DNA from: Candidatus Sumerlaeales bacterium
GTDB lineage: Bacteria > Sumerlaeota > Sumerlaeia > Sumerlaeales > Sumerlaeaceae
Assembly: GCA_038243585.1 (NCBI GenBank)
Contig: JBBSQY010000052.1
Location: 1-21,664, forward strand
DNA: 21,664 bases
Direction of reading: 5' to 3'
Shown here: positions 1 through 8,160 of the stretch, in pieces
Numbering within the stretch: position 1 is the stretch's first letter
Layout: every line of letters begins with the position of its first letter
Program-made: the position numbers and the translations under genes
Notes under the pieces: generated by a model
What the model was told of the DNA's origin: nothing
Databases searched by the model: none
The model's input: the letters and a program-made list of their open reading frames with translations, nothing else

Positions 1-2
1 CC

Positions 3-86
3 TATCGTAATGCCGATGGCGTCGAAATGGGATGGAACTATATTACACGAAAACTTACACACAGCAATCCTTTTTTCGGTCACTAA
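3..86 (+). CDS. 3' end of a gene entering the window, probably a polymorphic/RHS toxin C-terminus
   Basis: Frame 3 is open from the window edge (YRNADGVEMGWNYITRKLTHSNPFFGH) and ends in TAA TAA TGA (84-92), directly before an immunity-like gene and an RHS fragment. Frame 1 (1-120, containing HENLH) is an alternative. Confidence 0.35.
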   Translation, partial: YRNADGVEMGWNYITRKLTHSNPFFGH

Positions 87-103
87 TAATGAAAGAAATT
101 CCA

Positions 104-421
104 ATGGCAAGATTAATTGATTTAATAGAAACATTGGAGAAATTCGTAAATAAAGAAATTGATATTCGTGGGTTAACTCAATGGTTGGATGACATAGTAA
201 AGACGACTCCCGTCTCTACAATTATGTCCCCGGAACAGACAAACCTGTTCCGCAATTTTTACCACGACTTAGACTTGGCTGATGATGATCTTCCAGAATT
301 CCCTTTATCACTGATCGGGCGATTTAAAAAATGGCGCGCATTCTCTTCCGGTAATTTTACTTTTACGGCGGCAGAGATGCGGGAGAAAGCACAACTGATG
401 CTTAAATTCTTGGAAAAGTAG
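104..421 (+). CDS. Small helical protein, probable toxin immunity protein (colicin D immunity-like)
   Basis: AT-rich ORF. ATG104 is preceded by GAAAG (alternative ATGs at 89 and 32). N-terminal LIDLIETLEKFVNKEI and C-terminal FTAAEMREKAQLMLKFL resemble four-helix colicin D-type immunity proteins. It lies next to an RHS fragment. Confidence 0.55.
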   Translation: MARLIDLIETLEKFVNKEIDIRGLTQWLDDIVKTTPVSTIMSPEQTNLFRNFYHDLDLADDDLPEFPLSLIGRFKKWRAFSSGNFTFTAAEMREKAQLMLKFLEK

Positions 422-605
422 GGACAGGCAAGAATGGCACTAAGTTAAGCAAAACGCTGTACACATTATATACATTGGCCCTCAAGCCTGTATCTGGCGC
501 CTTTCGGAAAAGTAGGGGCAGCCAAAACTTCTTTATGCAAAAAGATCATTTGTCGGGTATTCCATAGAAGTTTCTTTTCTTGGTCGACCCATCGCCGGTT
601 TTTGC

Positions 606-631
606 AAGAAGGGGAATTAAGAAGGGGAATT
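606..631. repeat. 13-bp tandem duplication AAGAAGGGGAATT x2, followed by AGGGGGACGGG
   Basis: Exact copies at 606-618 and 619-631, just upstream of the RHS fragment. Confidence 0.85.
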
Positions 632-653
632 AGGGGGACGGGTTAGGTAACTA

Positions 654-1031
654 ATGGTAAGTCTCGACATTAGGTTTAAGGCGGACAAAGTAAATATCAC
701 ATACGACAACGCTGATCGCCTCACCGAGCTTATCCGTAACGTGCCGGTTGGAACCGACACCACCTGGAGATACTGGTATGACCAGGCCGGCAATCGCACA
801 TTTGACGACACAATCAAATACCCCGGCGGGCCGGACGTCAGAACGCACACCCTGAACCTGCTTGATCAGGTCACCTATATCAATTCCACGAATCCCGCCG
901 CGCCCGATACCGGCCTCACCTACGACGCCAACGGCAACATGACCTCCGCCGCTGTCACCTATCCGGGCGTCGGCACCTTCACCGCATACTACGACTGTCA
1001 AATTCGCGGAAGCACGCCTCTGTCGGCATAG
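654..1031 (+). pseudogene. Orphan RHS/YD-repeat protein fragment
   Basis: YD repeats YDNADRLT, YWYDQAGNRT, NLLDQVT, YDANGNMT, YYD. Similarity stops after YYD (about 995). No N-terminus, no core-terminal DPxG motif and no toxin tip. Confidence 0.8.
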
Positions 1032-1051
1032 AATTCCGCTCTCCTTGCTTC

Positions 1052-1190
1052 TGCTTTTCCTTTGCGTCCTTCCCGTCTTTGCGTCAAATTTTTGCACTTA
1101 ATTAACCTGAATGTCGCGGAATGTCGAGGACACACGCCGCTTTTCTTTCTTTTGCTTTTCCTTCGTGCTTTTGTGCCTTTGTGTCAAAAT
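1052..1190. repeat. Two degenerate pyrimidine-rich ~39-bp direct repeats with an internal 10-bp tandem between them
   Basis: TGCTTTTCCTTTGCGTCCTTCCCGTCTTTGCGTCAAATT (1052-1090) versus TGCTTTTCCTTCGTGCTTTTGTGCCTTTGTGTCAAAAT (1153-1190). ATGTCGCGGA/ATGTCGAGGA at 1111-1130. Confidence 0.7.
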
Positions 1191-1293
1191 CTCCCCAACC
1201 CGCCCTTAAGACCCCGTGCGGGAATAGCTAGCCCCATTTTGCCGCCCCAATGTCTCCTTTAACTACAACCACATCCATAAGGAGACAACTAAC

Positions 1294-1602
1294 ATGACGA
1301 CCACGACAACCATGACGACGCCCCACGCCGCCCCGCAAAGCCAGCCGAAACGCCCCGGCCAGCAACCCCACATCAACGTCGGAATTACACGAGAAAATAA
1401 AAACAGCAAAAACGCGACACAAACAGCTCGCACAACCAGCACCCACGGGCCCTGGCGCGTAAAAACCTCCCAAAACCAAAAACCGCCGCTTAGCCTTTCC
1501 CCATATAGAAATCCGAGCAAAAACCTATACCGTGATTTTGTGTACAAAAAGACCCCTTGCCTGCGCAACATCTCCGCGCGACACAACGACGGGTTCAGCT
1601 AG
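1294..1602 (+). CDS. Hypothetical low-complexity basic protein
   Basis: AAGGAG Shine-Dalgarno shortly before ATG1294. The product is T/P/K/N-rich with no recognisable domain. Confidence 0.3.
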   Translation: MTTTTTMTTPHAAPQSQPKRPGQQPHINVGITRENKNSKNATQTARTTSTHGPWRVKTSQNQKPPLSLSPYRNPSKNLYRDFVYKKTPCLRNISARHNDGFS

Positions 1603-1700
1603 CCGCCATTCACGGAAATATCAGGGAAAACCTCAATCCGGGACGGACGGCGTAAGTAATTAAAATACGGACCAGATCGAACCACGTTGAGGAGCAAAAA

Positions 1701-4358
1701 GTGAATATGACATCCAATAACGCCAATCGCCTGACGAAACGAATCCGCAACGCGCGGGTGGCCTGCATCCCCCGCACCTGCGTTTTCGTATTCGCTTGTC
1801 TGATTGTCTCAATAACCCAGGCCGCGTCCGACATCACGTCCCATTCTCTCCTAAACTGGTCCGACTGGGAAACCTATCGCTCCACGGTCAGCCACCCGGC
1901 TCTCGGAACTAAACCCGCCGATATTGAGCGCGCTCGTAAAAACATTCGTCGCCATGAATGGGCCCGCACTCATGCCGCGAAGGTTGAGGCCAACGTCCTC
2001 AAATATGCCGACAAGCTCACATCCGAATTCCTCGTCCGCATGGTGCCCGACACGACCCCCCTCAGCGCGCTGTTCACCCCGTGCCCGGCCTGCCGCGAAA
2101 AAGGAAAACCCTATCAGCTCCACGGCACATGGACCTGGAACCCCGCCCAAAGCGAACAACTGCACTGCACCACGTGTCAGACCGTGTACCCGAACGAAGA
2201 GTATCCCGAGACCGTCCAGCTCCGCTCCGCGTATGCACCCGATCAGACCTTCTCCTACTACGGCGGCGATACGTTCCCCATCTTCCAGTGGAAAAACGGG
2301 CGCCCCAGTTTCACGGGAAACATCCGCAGCCGGAAGGTCGAGTTCATGTCAAAGCTTGCCCGCCAGTTTGCCGACGCCTACGCCCTGACCAGCAATCCGG
2401 ACTACGCGATCGCCAGCCGTAAAATCCTGCTGCGGTTATCTGAGGTTTATCCCCGTTACCTGGTCCATTGCGCTTACGGCGAAGTCGCCGACTTAAGCCC
2501 AAAAGATGCGGCCCTCTCCATGGACCGCCTTCCATTTCCGGAACTGACCTACCCGCCTAACAAACCCAATAGGACTCTGTTTACAAAATTCTGGACCACC
2601 GGACGCGCTTCCGGAACGGGCATGGAAGGCACACAGCTTCGCCAGTGGACAGAGGCCTACGACCTGACCTGCGACGCCACCACGACAGGCGGAGCCGGCG
2701 AAAGCGGACGCGGACGGCTCGGCGAGCCATCCCTACCTGAAGCCGTCTACTCTCCGGAGGAACGCATCCAGATCGAACGCGACCTGCTGCTGGAGGCGAC
2801 AATCCTCGCCGTGGCCGATCCTTTGATGAACAACAAATCCATCGGCAACCGCTCCGCTGTGGGTCTCGTCGGTGCCTGCCTTGGCCATCCCGGCATGGTG
2901 CGTTATGGCCTCGAAGCGTTTCGCGAAATGGTTGACGACTATTTTCTGCCCGACGGCGGAACCCCGGAATCTATCAGCTACGGGTTCATGGCCACCACCA
3001 GCGTCCGCGATCTCTCTCTCGCATTTCGCCAATACTCCGATCCGCCGGGCTATCGCGATGGCGACAACAATCGCCACGATAACTTAGACATTTTTCGCGC
3101 CGGCAACTACCCGCGGATTTGGCAGGCGTTTCTGGATTGCCTCCTGCCGGATCTCACATTTCCGCCGTTTGCGGATTCCCACCAGACTGCCCGGTTTCCG
3201 CCCACCGATGCAGAGATACTCGCCTCCGTCTATCCGGACGAGCCGCAATACGCCACCCTCCTGGCTCACCTTTCCGGCAAAAACGGCGTCCCTGCCGATC
3301 CCGCCACTGCGATCTATCTTCGTTCCCCGGATTTCGATACGACGGCGCCCCCACCTCTCACATTTCCAGACCACTGCCGCCCCGATTTGCGCATCGGTTT
3401 CATGCGCGGCGGCGAAGGCGGGCGCGAAAGCCTGCTCCTTCTCAGCGCAACCCCTTGGGGGGTTCACCGCCACCAGGACAGCTTGAATCTCTACTATTGG
3501 AAGAACGGCCACGAGCTACTCACCGACCTCGGATATCTGTGGGATCACGCAGACGAAAAAATGACCTACCGCACCTTCGCCCATAACCTGGTAATGATCG
3601 ACGGCAAGGATCAGGAAACGCGCAATCGCGGCGGCGACGTGGAATTCTTTCATGCCGGCGACCATGTAAAAGCCATGCGCGCCTCCTCTCGCGCCTATCC
3701 CGGCGCGAAAACTTACCGCCGCTCCTCCGCCCTGATCGATCACGGAGATGGCAACTCCTACGCCGTGGATCTTTTCGAGGTCCAGGGCGGACAGACCCAG
3801 GATTATGTCTACCATGGCCCAAACACGAGCCAGACAATAACCGGCTTGGAAGTGACACCCCACGACCAGCCCATCTATGACCTGACCGATGTCCGCACCG
3901 GCGAAACCACCTCAGCCTGGACCATGCAATGGCAGCTCGGAAAAGCGATGCAGTTCACCGCGTGGAACGTTCCCTGTCCCGGCGAGCGCACCTTCGTAGG
4001 CAGCGGCTGGGGGCAGCGCGATTCAAAGAATCGCGACCGCGGAACCGTCATCCCCTACATCATCCGCAGAACCGAAGGGGACAGACTCCAACAGTTCGTG
4101 TCAGTCTTCGAAGGCAGCCACCCCGACAGTCCGTTCGTAAAAGGCGTAAAACGCGTGCCAGCCGGCGATGCCGATTTAACAAACCAGTCAGTCATCCTCG
4201 AAATAGAAACCACAGCGGGCAAAGACTACATAGCATGGAACGCAAACGCCGCATCAACCCTCCCCGATAAAAGCAGCCTGCCTTCGAGCCCCTTTTCCGT
4301 AACATCGACCCAGGCAGGGAATGTCAGCTGGATCGAGAGCGTGCACCTCAAGCCATAG
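1701..4358 (+). CDS. Secreted heparinase II/III-family polysaccharide lyase-like protein
   Basis: GAGGAG RBS before GTG; signal-peptide-like N-terminus; helical alginate-lyase-like middle region; Hepar_II_III motifs HRHQDSLNL..LLTDLGY and AHNLVMIDGKDQ; two CxxC pairs (CPAC, CTTC). Confidence 0.85.
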   Translation: MNMTSNNANRLTKRIRNARVACIPRTCVFVFACLIVSITQAASDITSHSLLNWSDWETYRSTVSHPALGTKPADIERARKNIRRHEWARTHAAKVEANVLKYADKLTSEFLVRMVPDTTPLSALFTPCPACREKGKPYQLHGTWTWNPAQSEQLHCTTCQTVYPNEEYPETVQLRSAYAPDQTFSYYGGDTFPIFQWKNGRPSFTGNIRSRKVEFMSKLARQFADAYALTSNPDYAIASRKILLRLSEVYPRYLVHCAYGEVADLSPKDAALSMDRLPFPELTYPPNKPNRTLFTKFWTTGRASGTGMEGTQLRQWTEAYDLTCDATTTGGAGESGRGRLGEPSLPEAVYSPEERIQIERDLLLEATILAVADPLMNNKSIGNRSAVGLVGACLGHPGMVRYGLEAFREMVDDYFLPDGGTPESISYGFMATTSVRDLSLAFRQYSDPPGYRDGDNNRHDNLDIFRAGNYPRIWQAFLDCLLPDLTFPPFADSHQTARFPPTDAEILASVYPDEPQYATLLAHLSGKNGVPADPATAIYLRSPDFDTTAPPPLTFPDHCRPDLRIGFMRGGEGGRESLLLLSATPWGVHRHQDSLNLYYWKNGHELLTDLGYLWDHADEKMTYRTFAHNLVMIDGKDQETRNRGGDVEFFHAGDHVKAMRASSRAYPGAKTYRRSSALIDHGDGNSYAVDLFEVQGGQTQDYVYHGPNTSQTITGLEVTPHDQPIYDLTDVRTGETTSAWTMQWQLGKAMQFTAWNVPCPGERTFVGSGWGQRDSKNRDRGTVIPYIIRRTEGDRLQQFVSVFEGSHPDSPFVKGVKRVPAGDADLTNQSVILEIETTAGKDYIAWNANAASTLPDKSSLPSSPFSVTSTQAGNVSWIESVHLKP
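2710..2737 (-). repeat. GTAG-type REP element inside a coding sequence
   Basis: Exact 28/28 reverse complement of intergenic 12172-12199; translated in frame as (R)GRLGEPSLP. Confidence 0.9.
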
Positions 4359-4414
4359 ACAAATTTATTTCTTATTAAACTCCCCGTCAGGGGTGTAGGG
4401 AGGCAGCAAACATT

Positions 4415-4603
4415 ATGAAACCTCATATACAAAACCCGATTTACTACACCGACGGCACGGTCTTCTACCGGAAACACAAAGGCATCAGGGCCTGGCGTGA
4501 TCCGGAAGGCAAGTGGATCCCCTTGCCCTGCTACACCAAGCCAACCCTCTGGGAAATCCCCGCCAGCGACGTAGATGACCCCGAGTTTCCATACGAGGAC
4601 TAG
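4415..4603 (+). CDS. Small hypothetical protein (62 aa)
   Basis: GGGAGG upstream of ATG; GC3-rich codon usage; aromatic-rich body with an acidic tail. Confidence 0.5.
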   Translation: MKPHIQNPIYYTDGTVFYRKHKGIRAWRDPEGKWIPLPCYTKPTLWEIPASDVDDPEFPYED

Positions 4604-4790
4604 CTAGTCGGGCGCTGCCCACTTCCCGAACATGACCACCGGGTTGCCCTGCCTCGCCGCTTGGTCCATGTTTCCGTTTTTACTTCACAGGCCGATTGTC
4701 CTTTAGCCTTGCGATATCATGTTCTGTGGCACTGTCTTTGCCAATTGTTGATTCGCGCGCTGTCCCGGCGTTCGGATTTCTTTCACAAAT

Positions 4791-5795
4791 ATGACAGCTT
4801 TCGCTAAAATATCTATTTATCTGCTGCTTGGTTGTGCGGCGCTCTTGCTTTTCGTGCCCATGGCATGGATGACATTGGGAGCTTTCGCACCGCAATCTGA
4901 GTTACAATCCCGTGTGCCCATGAGCGGGATGCTGGGGGCGCTGGACAAGGACACAATCAGTTCTCCCGCCGGGCTTAAAAGCTGGGCCGGCGCCTATCTT
5001 ACCTTTGACAATTTTTATGAACCGGAAGGCGGTGCCGGTCTTTTTGATATAACCACCATGCCCCGCGAAGAGTTCTTCCAGGCCCCTGTCCACGCCTGGC
5101 TGTTTAATCTTCTGCCCCGGGATGCCGCAGATTCCAACGCGGTCGTACCTGCCGGACGCCTGCTCCTCTGGTTCGAAAATACGTTGATCTCGGCCGTCCT
5201 TGTTACAGTTCTCAGCGTGCTGTTCAGCGCCATGGCCGGCTATGCCTTCGCCAAGTTCCAGTTCCCCGGACGCGAGATTCTTTTCTGGCTGATCATTGCT
5301 ACTATTATGATCCCGGGCCAGGTCACCATCATCCCCCTGTTCCTACTGGTAACCCGCGGACTCCAATGGCATGACAGCCTGTGGGCCATTGTCCTGCCCC
5401 AGGTCGCCGCCCCGGTCGGCATCTTCCTGATGCGCCAGTATATCCGGGGCCTCCCCTCCGCTCTTGAAGAAGCCGCCCGAATCGACGGCTGCTCCGAGCC
5501 GGGAATTTTTCTTAGGGTAATACTGCCCCTGTCAAAGCCCGTGCTGGCCGTCTGGGCAATTTTTACTTTTATTGGCGCATGGAAAGCTTTTCTCTGGCCG
5601 TTGGTTGTCACTAATGACCAGAATCTTTATCTGCTTGAGGTTGGACTGAAAACGCTGCAGTTTAGCGCCGGTCCCCGCAACGTAGGCATAGTCATGGCGG
5701 CGGCTCTTTTGGCGAGCATTCCCATGATAGTGATGTTTTTTGCATTTCAGAAATATCTGACCAAAGGCCTGACAATAGGCGGCGTGAAAGGATAA
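4791..5795 (+). CDS. Carbohydrate ABC transporter permease (MalG/CUT1 type)
   Basis: AMAGYAFAKFQFPGR, EAA loop LEEAARIDGCSEPGIFLRVILPLSKP, C-terminal FQKYLTKGLTIGGVKG; multiple TM helices. Confidence 0.93.
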   Translation: MTAFAKISIYLLLGCAALLLFVPMAWMTLGAFAPQSELQSRVPMSGMLGALDKDTISSPAGLKSWAGAYLTFDNFYEPEGGAGLFDITTMPREEFFQAPVHAWLFNLLPRDAADSNAVVPAGRLLLWFENTLISAVLVTVLSVLFSAMAGYAFAKFQFPGREILFWLIIATIMIPGQVTIIPLFLLVTRGLQWHDSLWAIVLPQVAAPVGIFLMRQYIRGLPSALEEAARIDGCSEPGIFLRVILPLSKPVLAVWAIFTFIGAWKAFLWPLVVTNDQNLYLLEVGLKTLQFSAGPRNVGIVMAAALLASIPMIVMFFAFQKYLTKGLTIGGVKG

Positions 5796-5859
5796 GGGTG
5801 TGGGAGGATTTTTCAGGGCATTTGTCCTGTAGAACGCCAATCGCACCAAGGTAATTTGG

Positions 5860-7242
5860 ATGGACGAGAAAAACAGGAACCAGGACAAACCAGCTGGTTC
5901 GGCTGAACCGGAAACACGTTCGGCATTTCCGCGGCGTGAAGCTTCGCATCAACCTGAGGCGGAGTCGGAAGAAAAACCGATTCCATCACAGCCCCGCAGT
6001 TTTTCTTCAGTCAGGCCTCAGCGCGCTGCCGTGCCCAGGAAACCCCTGGTGACTCCCGCCGCCGCGCAGTCAACGCCACCTGCGGCCACAGCCAAACCAT
6101 CCGACACTGCGGCAGTTCCGCCTGCGGCTAAAAGCGCTGATCTCGCGCCACCTGCATCCCCGGAACCGGCAAGGCCAGTTGCTCCAGCCGCCGGAGAACA
6201 ACCCACTAAACCGTCTTTATCCAAAGAAACAAGCTCGTTTAGACCACGAACCGCACCCGACCAAAAAACGGCACCTGCATCTGGTTCCCCCGAGAGAATG
6301 ACGGGCGCGGCCGCCGCCGCAGCGACCTCTGGAGAGGGCGCACCGGCCCACGGCCCTCAGAGCAGCGGCGCGGGTGGCGACACCATCCGTTTGCGCGTAA
6401 CCCCCCGCCCCCAAGCCCGCACCCTGAACACTGCCCCCGGACGCGGTATGCGTCGCCGCCTGCCGGATATCCGCCAGGGCCGCGCCACCACGTCCACCGT
6501 TCACTACGGTCCTTTTTCGCTGCTGTTTGGTTTTCTGTGGCTCATTTTCAAGATGGTCTTTTTTACTGGCCTTGTCCTCGGTCTCGGCGCACTCATCGGC
6601 TTCATGGTCATGACAGAGTATATTAAGACTCCGGAAGTTACAGTGCCCAACGTCAGCGGCATGAAAATCGAAGAGGCCTTTACGGTTCTCAGCGACAAAA
6701 GCCTGGGCGTAAACAAAAGCGGAACCGAAAGCAGTGGACTGGTGGCCCCGGGCGAAATCATTTCGCAGCAGCCTCCTGCCGGATCCGCTGCAAAAGTTAA
6801 CACCCAGGTTGGTGTGGTTATCAGCAGCGGCAGGTCCCAGTTCGTGGTGCCAAACGTTGTCAACGAAACCAAAGAAAACGCCGTCAACAAGGTGCGCGGA
6901 GCCCGTCTTGAAGTGGGCAACGTTCTCACCCTGGAAGACAATAGCGTGCCCCGTGGCAACGTTATCAGCCAGACCCCAATCGGCGGCACTGGCTCTGATG
7001 ATGCCATCAAAGTCGACCTTATGATAAGCGCCGGACCTCCGGGAAAATCCCTCACCATGCCAGACCTGGTGGGCCGTTCAGTCCTGGAAGCAAAGGCGGC
7101 TCTAAAAGCCGTTGGTATTGAGGATGTGGTCACAGAGCCCGCAGATGCCGAACCCGGATCCGTCATAACCGGGCATTCTCCGCTCGTAGGCAAAACGGTC
7201 TTTCAGACCGATAAGATCATCCTCACGACGACCAAGCAATAA
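5860..7242 (+). CDS. PASTA-domain membrane protein (three PASTA repeats, no kinase or PBP domain)
   Basis: About 215 aa of P/A/S/T-rich disordered N-terminus, a hydrophobic segment, then VTVPNVSG..IISQQP, VVPNVVN..VISQTP and MPDLVG..ITGHSP repeats. Confidence 0.88.
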   Translation: MDEKNRNQDKPAGSAEPETRSAFPRREASHQPEAESEEKPIPSQPRSFSSVRPQRAAVPRKPLVTPAAAQSTPPAATAKPSDTAAVPPAAKSADLAPPASPEPARPVAPAAGEQPTKPSLSKETSSFRPRTAPDQKTAPASGSPERMTGAAAAAATSGEGAPAHGPQSSGAGGDTIRLRVTPRPQARTLNTAPGRGMRRRLPDIRQGRATTSTVHYGPFSLLFGFLWLIFKMVFFTGLVLGLGALIGFMVMTEYIKTPEVTVPNVSGMKIEEAFTVLSDKSLGVNKSGTESSGLVAPGEIISQQPPAGSAAKVNTQVGVVISSGRSQFVVPNVVNETKENAVNKVRGARLEVGNVLTLEDNSVPRGNVISQTPIGGTGSDDAIKVDLMISAGPPGKSLTMPDLVGRSVLEAKAALKAVGIEDVVTEPADAEPGSVITGHSPLVGKTVFQTDKIILTTTKQ

Positions 7243-8123
7243 TGACGAGAATGTGCGCTGAAATGGTCAGGACGATACACAAAGGAGCGTGCAGTGGTTT
7301 TCACTGGTATCCGTATTTTCGGGGGATTGTCATGGCTTTAACACTGGCGCTGTCCCTGACAGATGGAAACGGCGCAGCGCCCGAAGGGACCGTGCCTCGC
7401 TCTGCAGATGAAACGACGGCCCTGGGACAGGACACAACCACTGAGACCGCTAAAGCTTATTCCATTAAGGACAAGGAGCTTGTTTTCCTCCTACATGGCA
7501 TAGGCAAAGGCGCTTATGACATGGACGCCCTCGCAAAGCGTATAAACAATTCCGGCTATGCGGTGCTGAACTGGGATTATCCTTCGACAGATCATTCGCT
7601 TGCCGACCTGGCGGATAAACTCGCCATGGAAGTTGAGCGGTTTCCGGAATACAAAATTCACTTCGTCACCCACTCCATGGGCGGCATAGTGGTCCGGACA
7701 TTTCTTTCAAAACACGATGTTAAAAAAATGGGCCGGCTCGTGATGATAGCGCCTCCCAGCCAGGGAGCCGAGCTTGCTGAGTTTTTCTGTGAGTGGCCTA
7801 TCTATAAGTATATGCTTGGCCCCGCTGGTCAGGAGCTAAAGCCCGGAGAATCCGGCAAATGCGTCGACGCCGGGATTCCCACATGCGAGTTCGGCATAAT
7901 CGCCGGCGGAATAGGTCGCCCCCTTGGGATCAATCCGCTCCTTCCCGGCGATAATGACGGCACGGTTACCGTTGAATCCACAAAGCTGGAAGGTTCAAAG
8001 GACTTCACCCTTGTCCCATACCCTCACCCGGTCATTCAGATGATGGGACGCACCGCCGAGCTAACCCTTAATTTCTTAGAAACGGGCCAGTTTCAGCCAG
8101 AGGAAAGCGGCACCGGAAGCTAA
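7242..8123 (+). CDS. Alpha/beta hydrolase (lipase/esterase-like)
   Basis: FLLHG oxyanion motif, nucleophile elbow THSMGG, DNDGTV aspartate motif, C-terminal His. The start overlaps the upstream stop (TAATG); a later start is possible. Confidence 0.85.
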   Translation: MTRMCAEMVRTIHKGACSGFHWYPYFRGIVMALTLALSLTDGNGAAPEGTVPRSADETTALGQDTTTETAKAYSIKDKELVFLLHGIGKGAYDMDALAKRINNSGYAVLNWDYPSTDHSLADLADKLAMEVERFPEYKIHFVTHSMGGIVVRTFLSKHDVKKMGRLVMIAPPSQGAELAEFFCEWPIYKYMLGPAGQELKPGESGKCVDAGIPTCEFGIIAGGIGRPLGINPLLPGDNDGTVTVESTKLEGSKDFTLVPYPHPVIQMMGRTAELTLNFLETGQFQPEESGTGS

Positions 8124-8160
8124 CACGGTCACCGCTTCCCGATCTGGCTTAAACCACTAA

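Noticed and set aside
32..103. ATG32 as the start of the immunity gene
   Set aside because: It would overlap the incoming upstream ORF, and the immunity-like pattern begins at Met104.
1..120. HExxH (HENLH) in frame 1 as a metallopeptidase toxin
   Set aside because: Only 39 codons are visible and frame 3 is equally open with a cleaner stop arrangement. It cannot be decided without upstream sequence.
600..1200. CRISPR array or IS element
   Set aside because: The repeats are short, degenerate, two-copy and not regularly spaced. There is no cas gene, transposase or terminal inverted repeat pair.
4495..4525. GATCCGGAAGGCAAGTGGATC as the SRP RNA loop
   Set aside because: It lacks the CAGG...GGAAGGAAGCAGC context and long stem, and lies within a plausible ORF.
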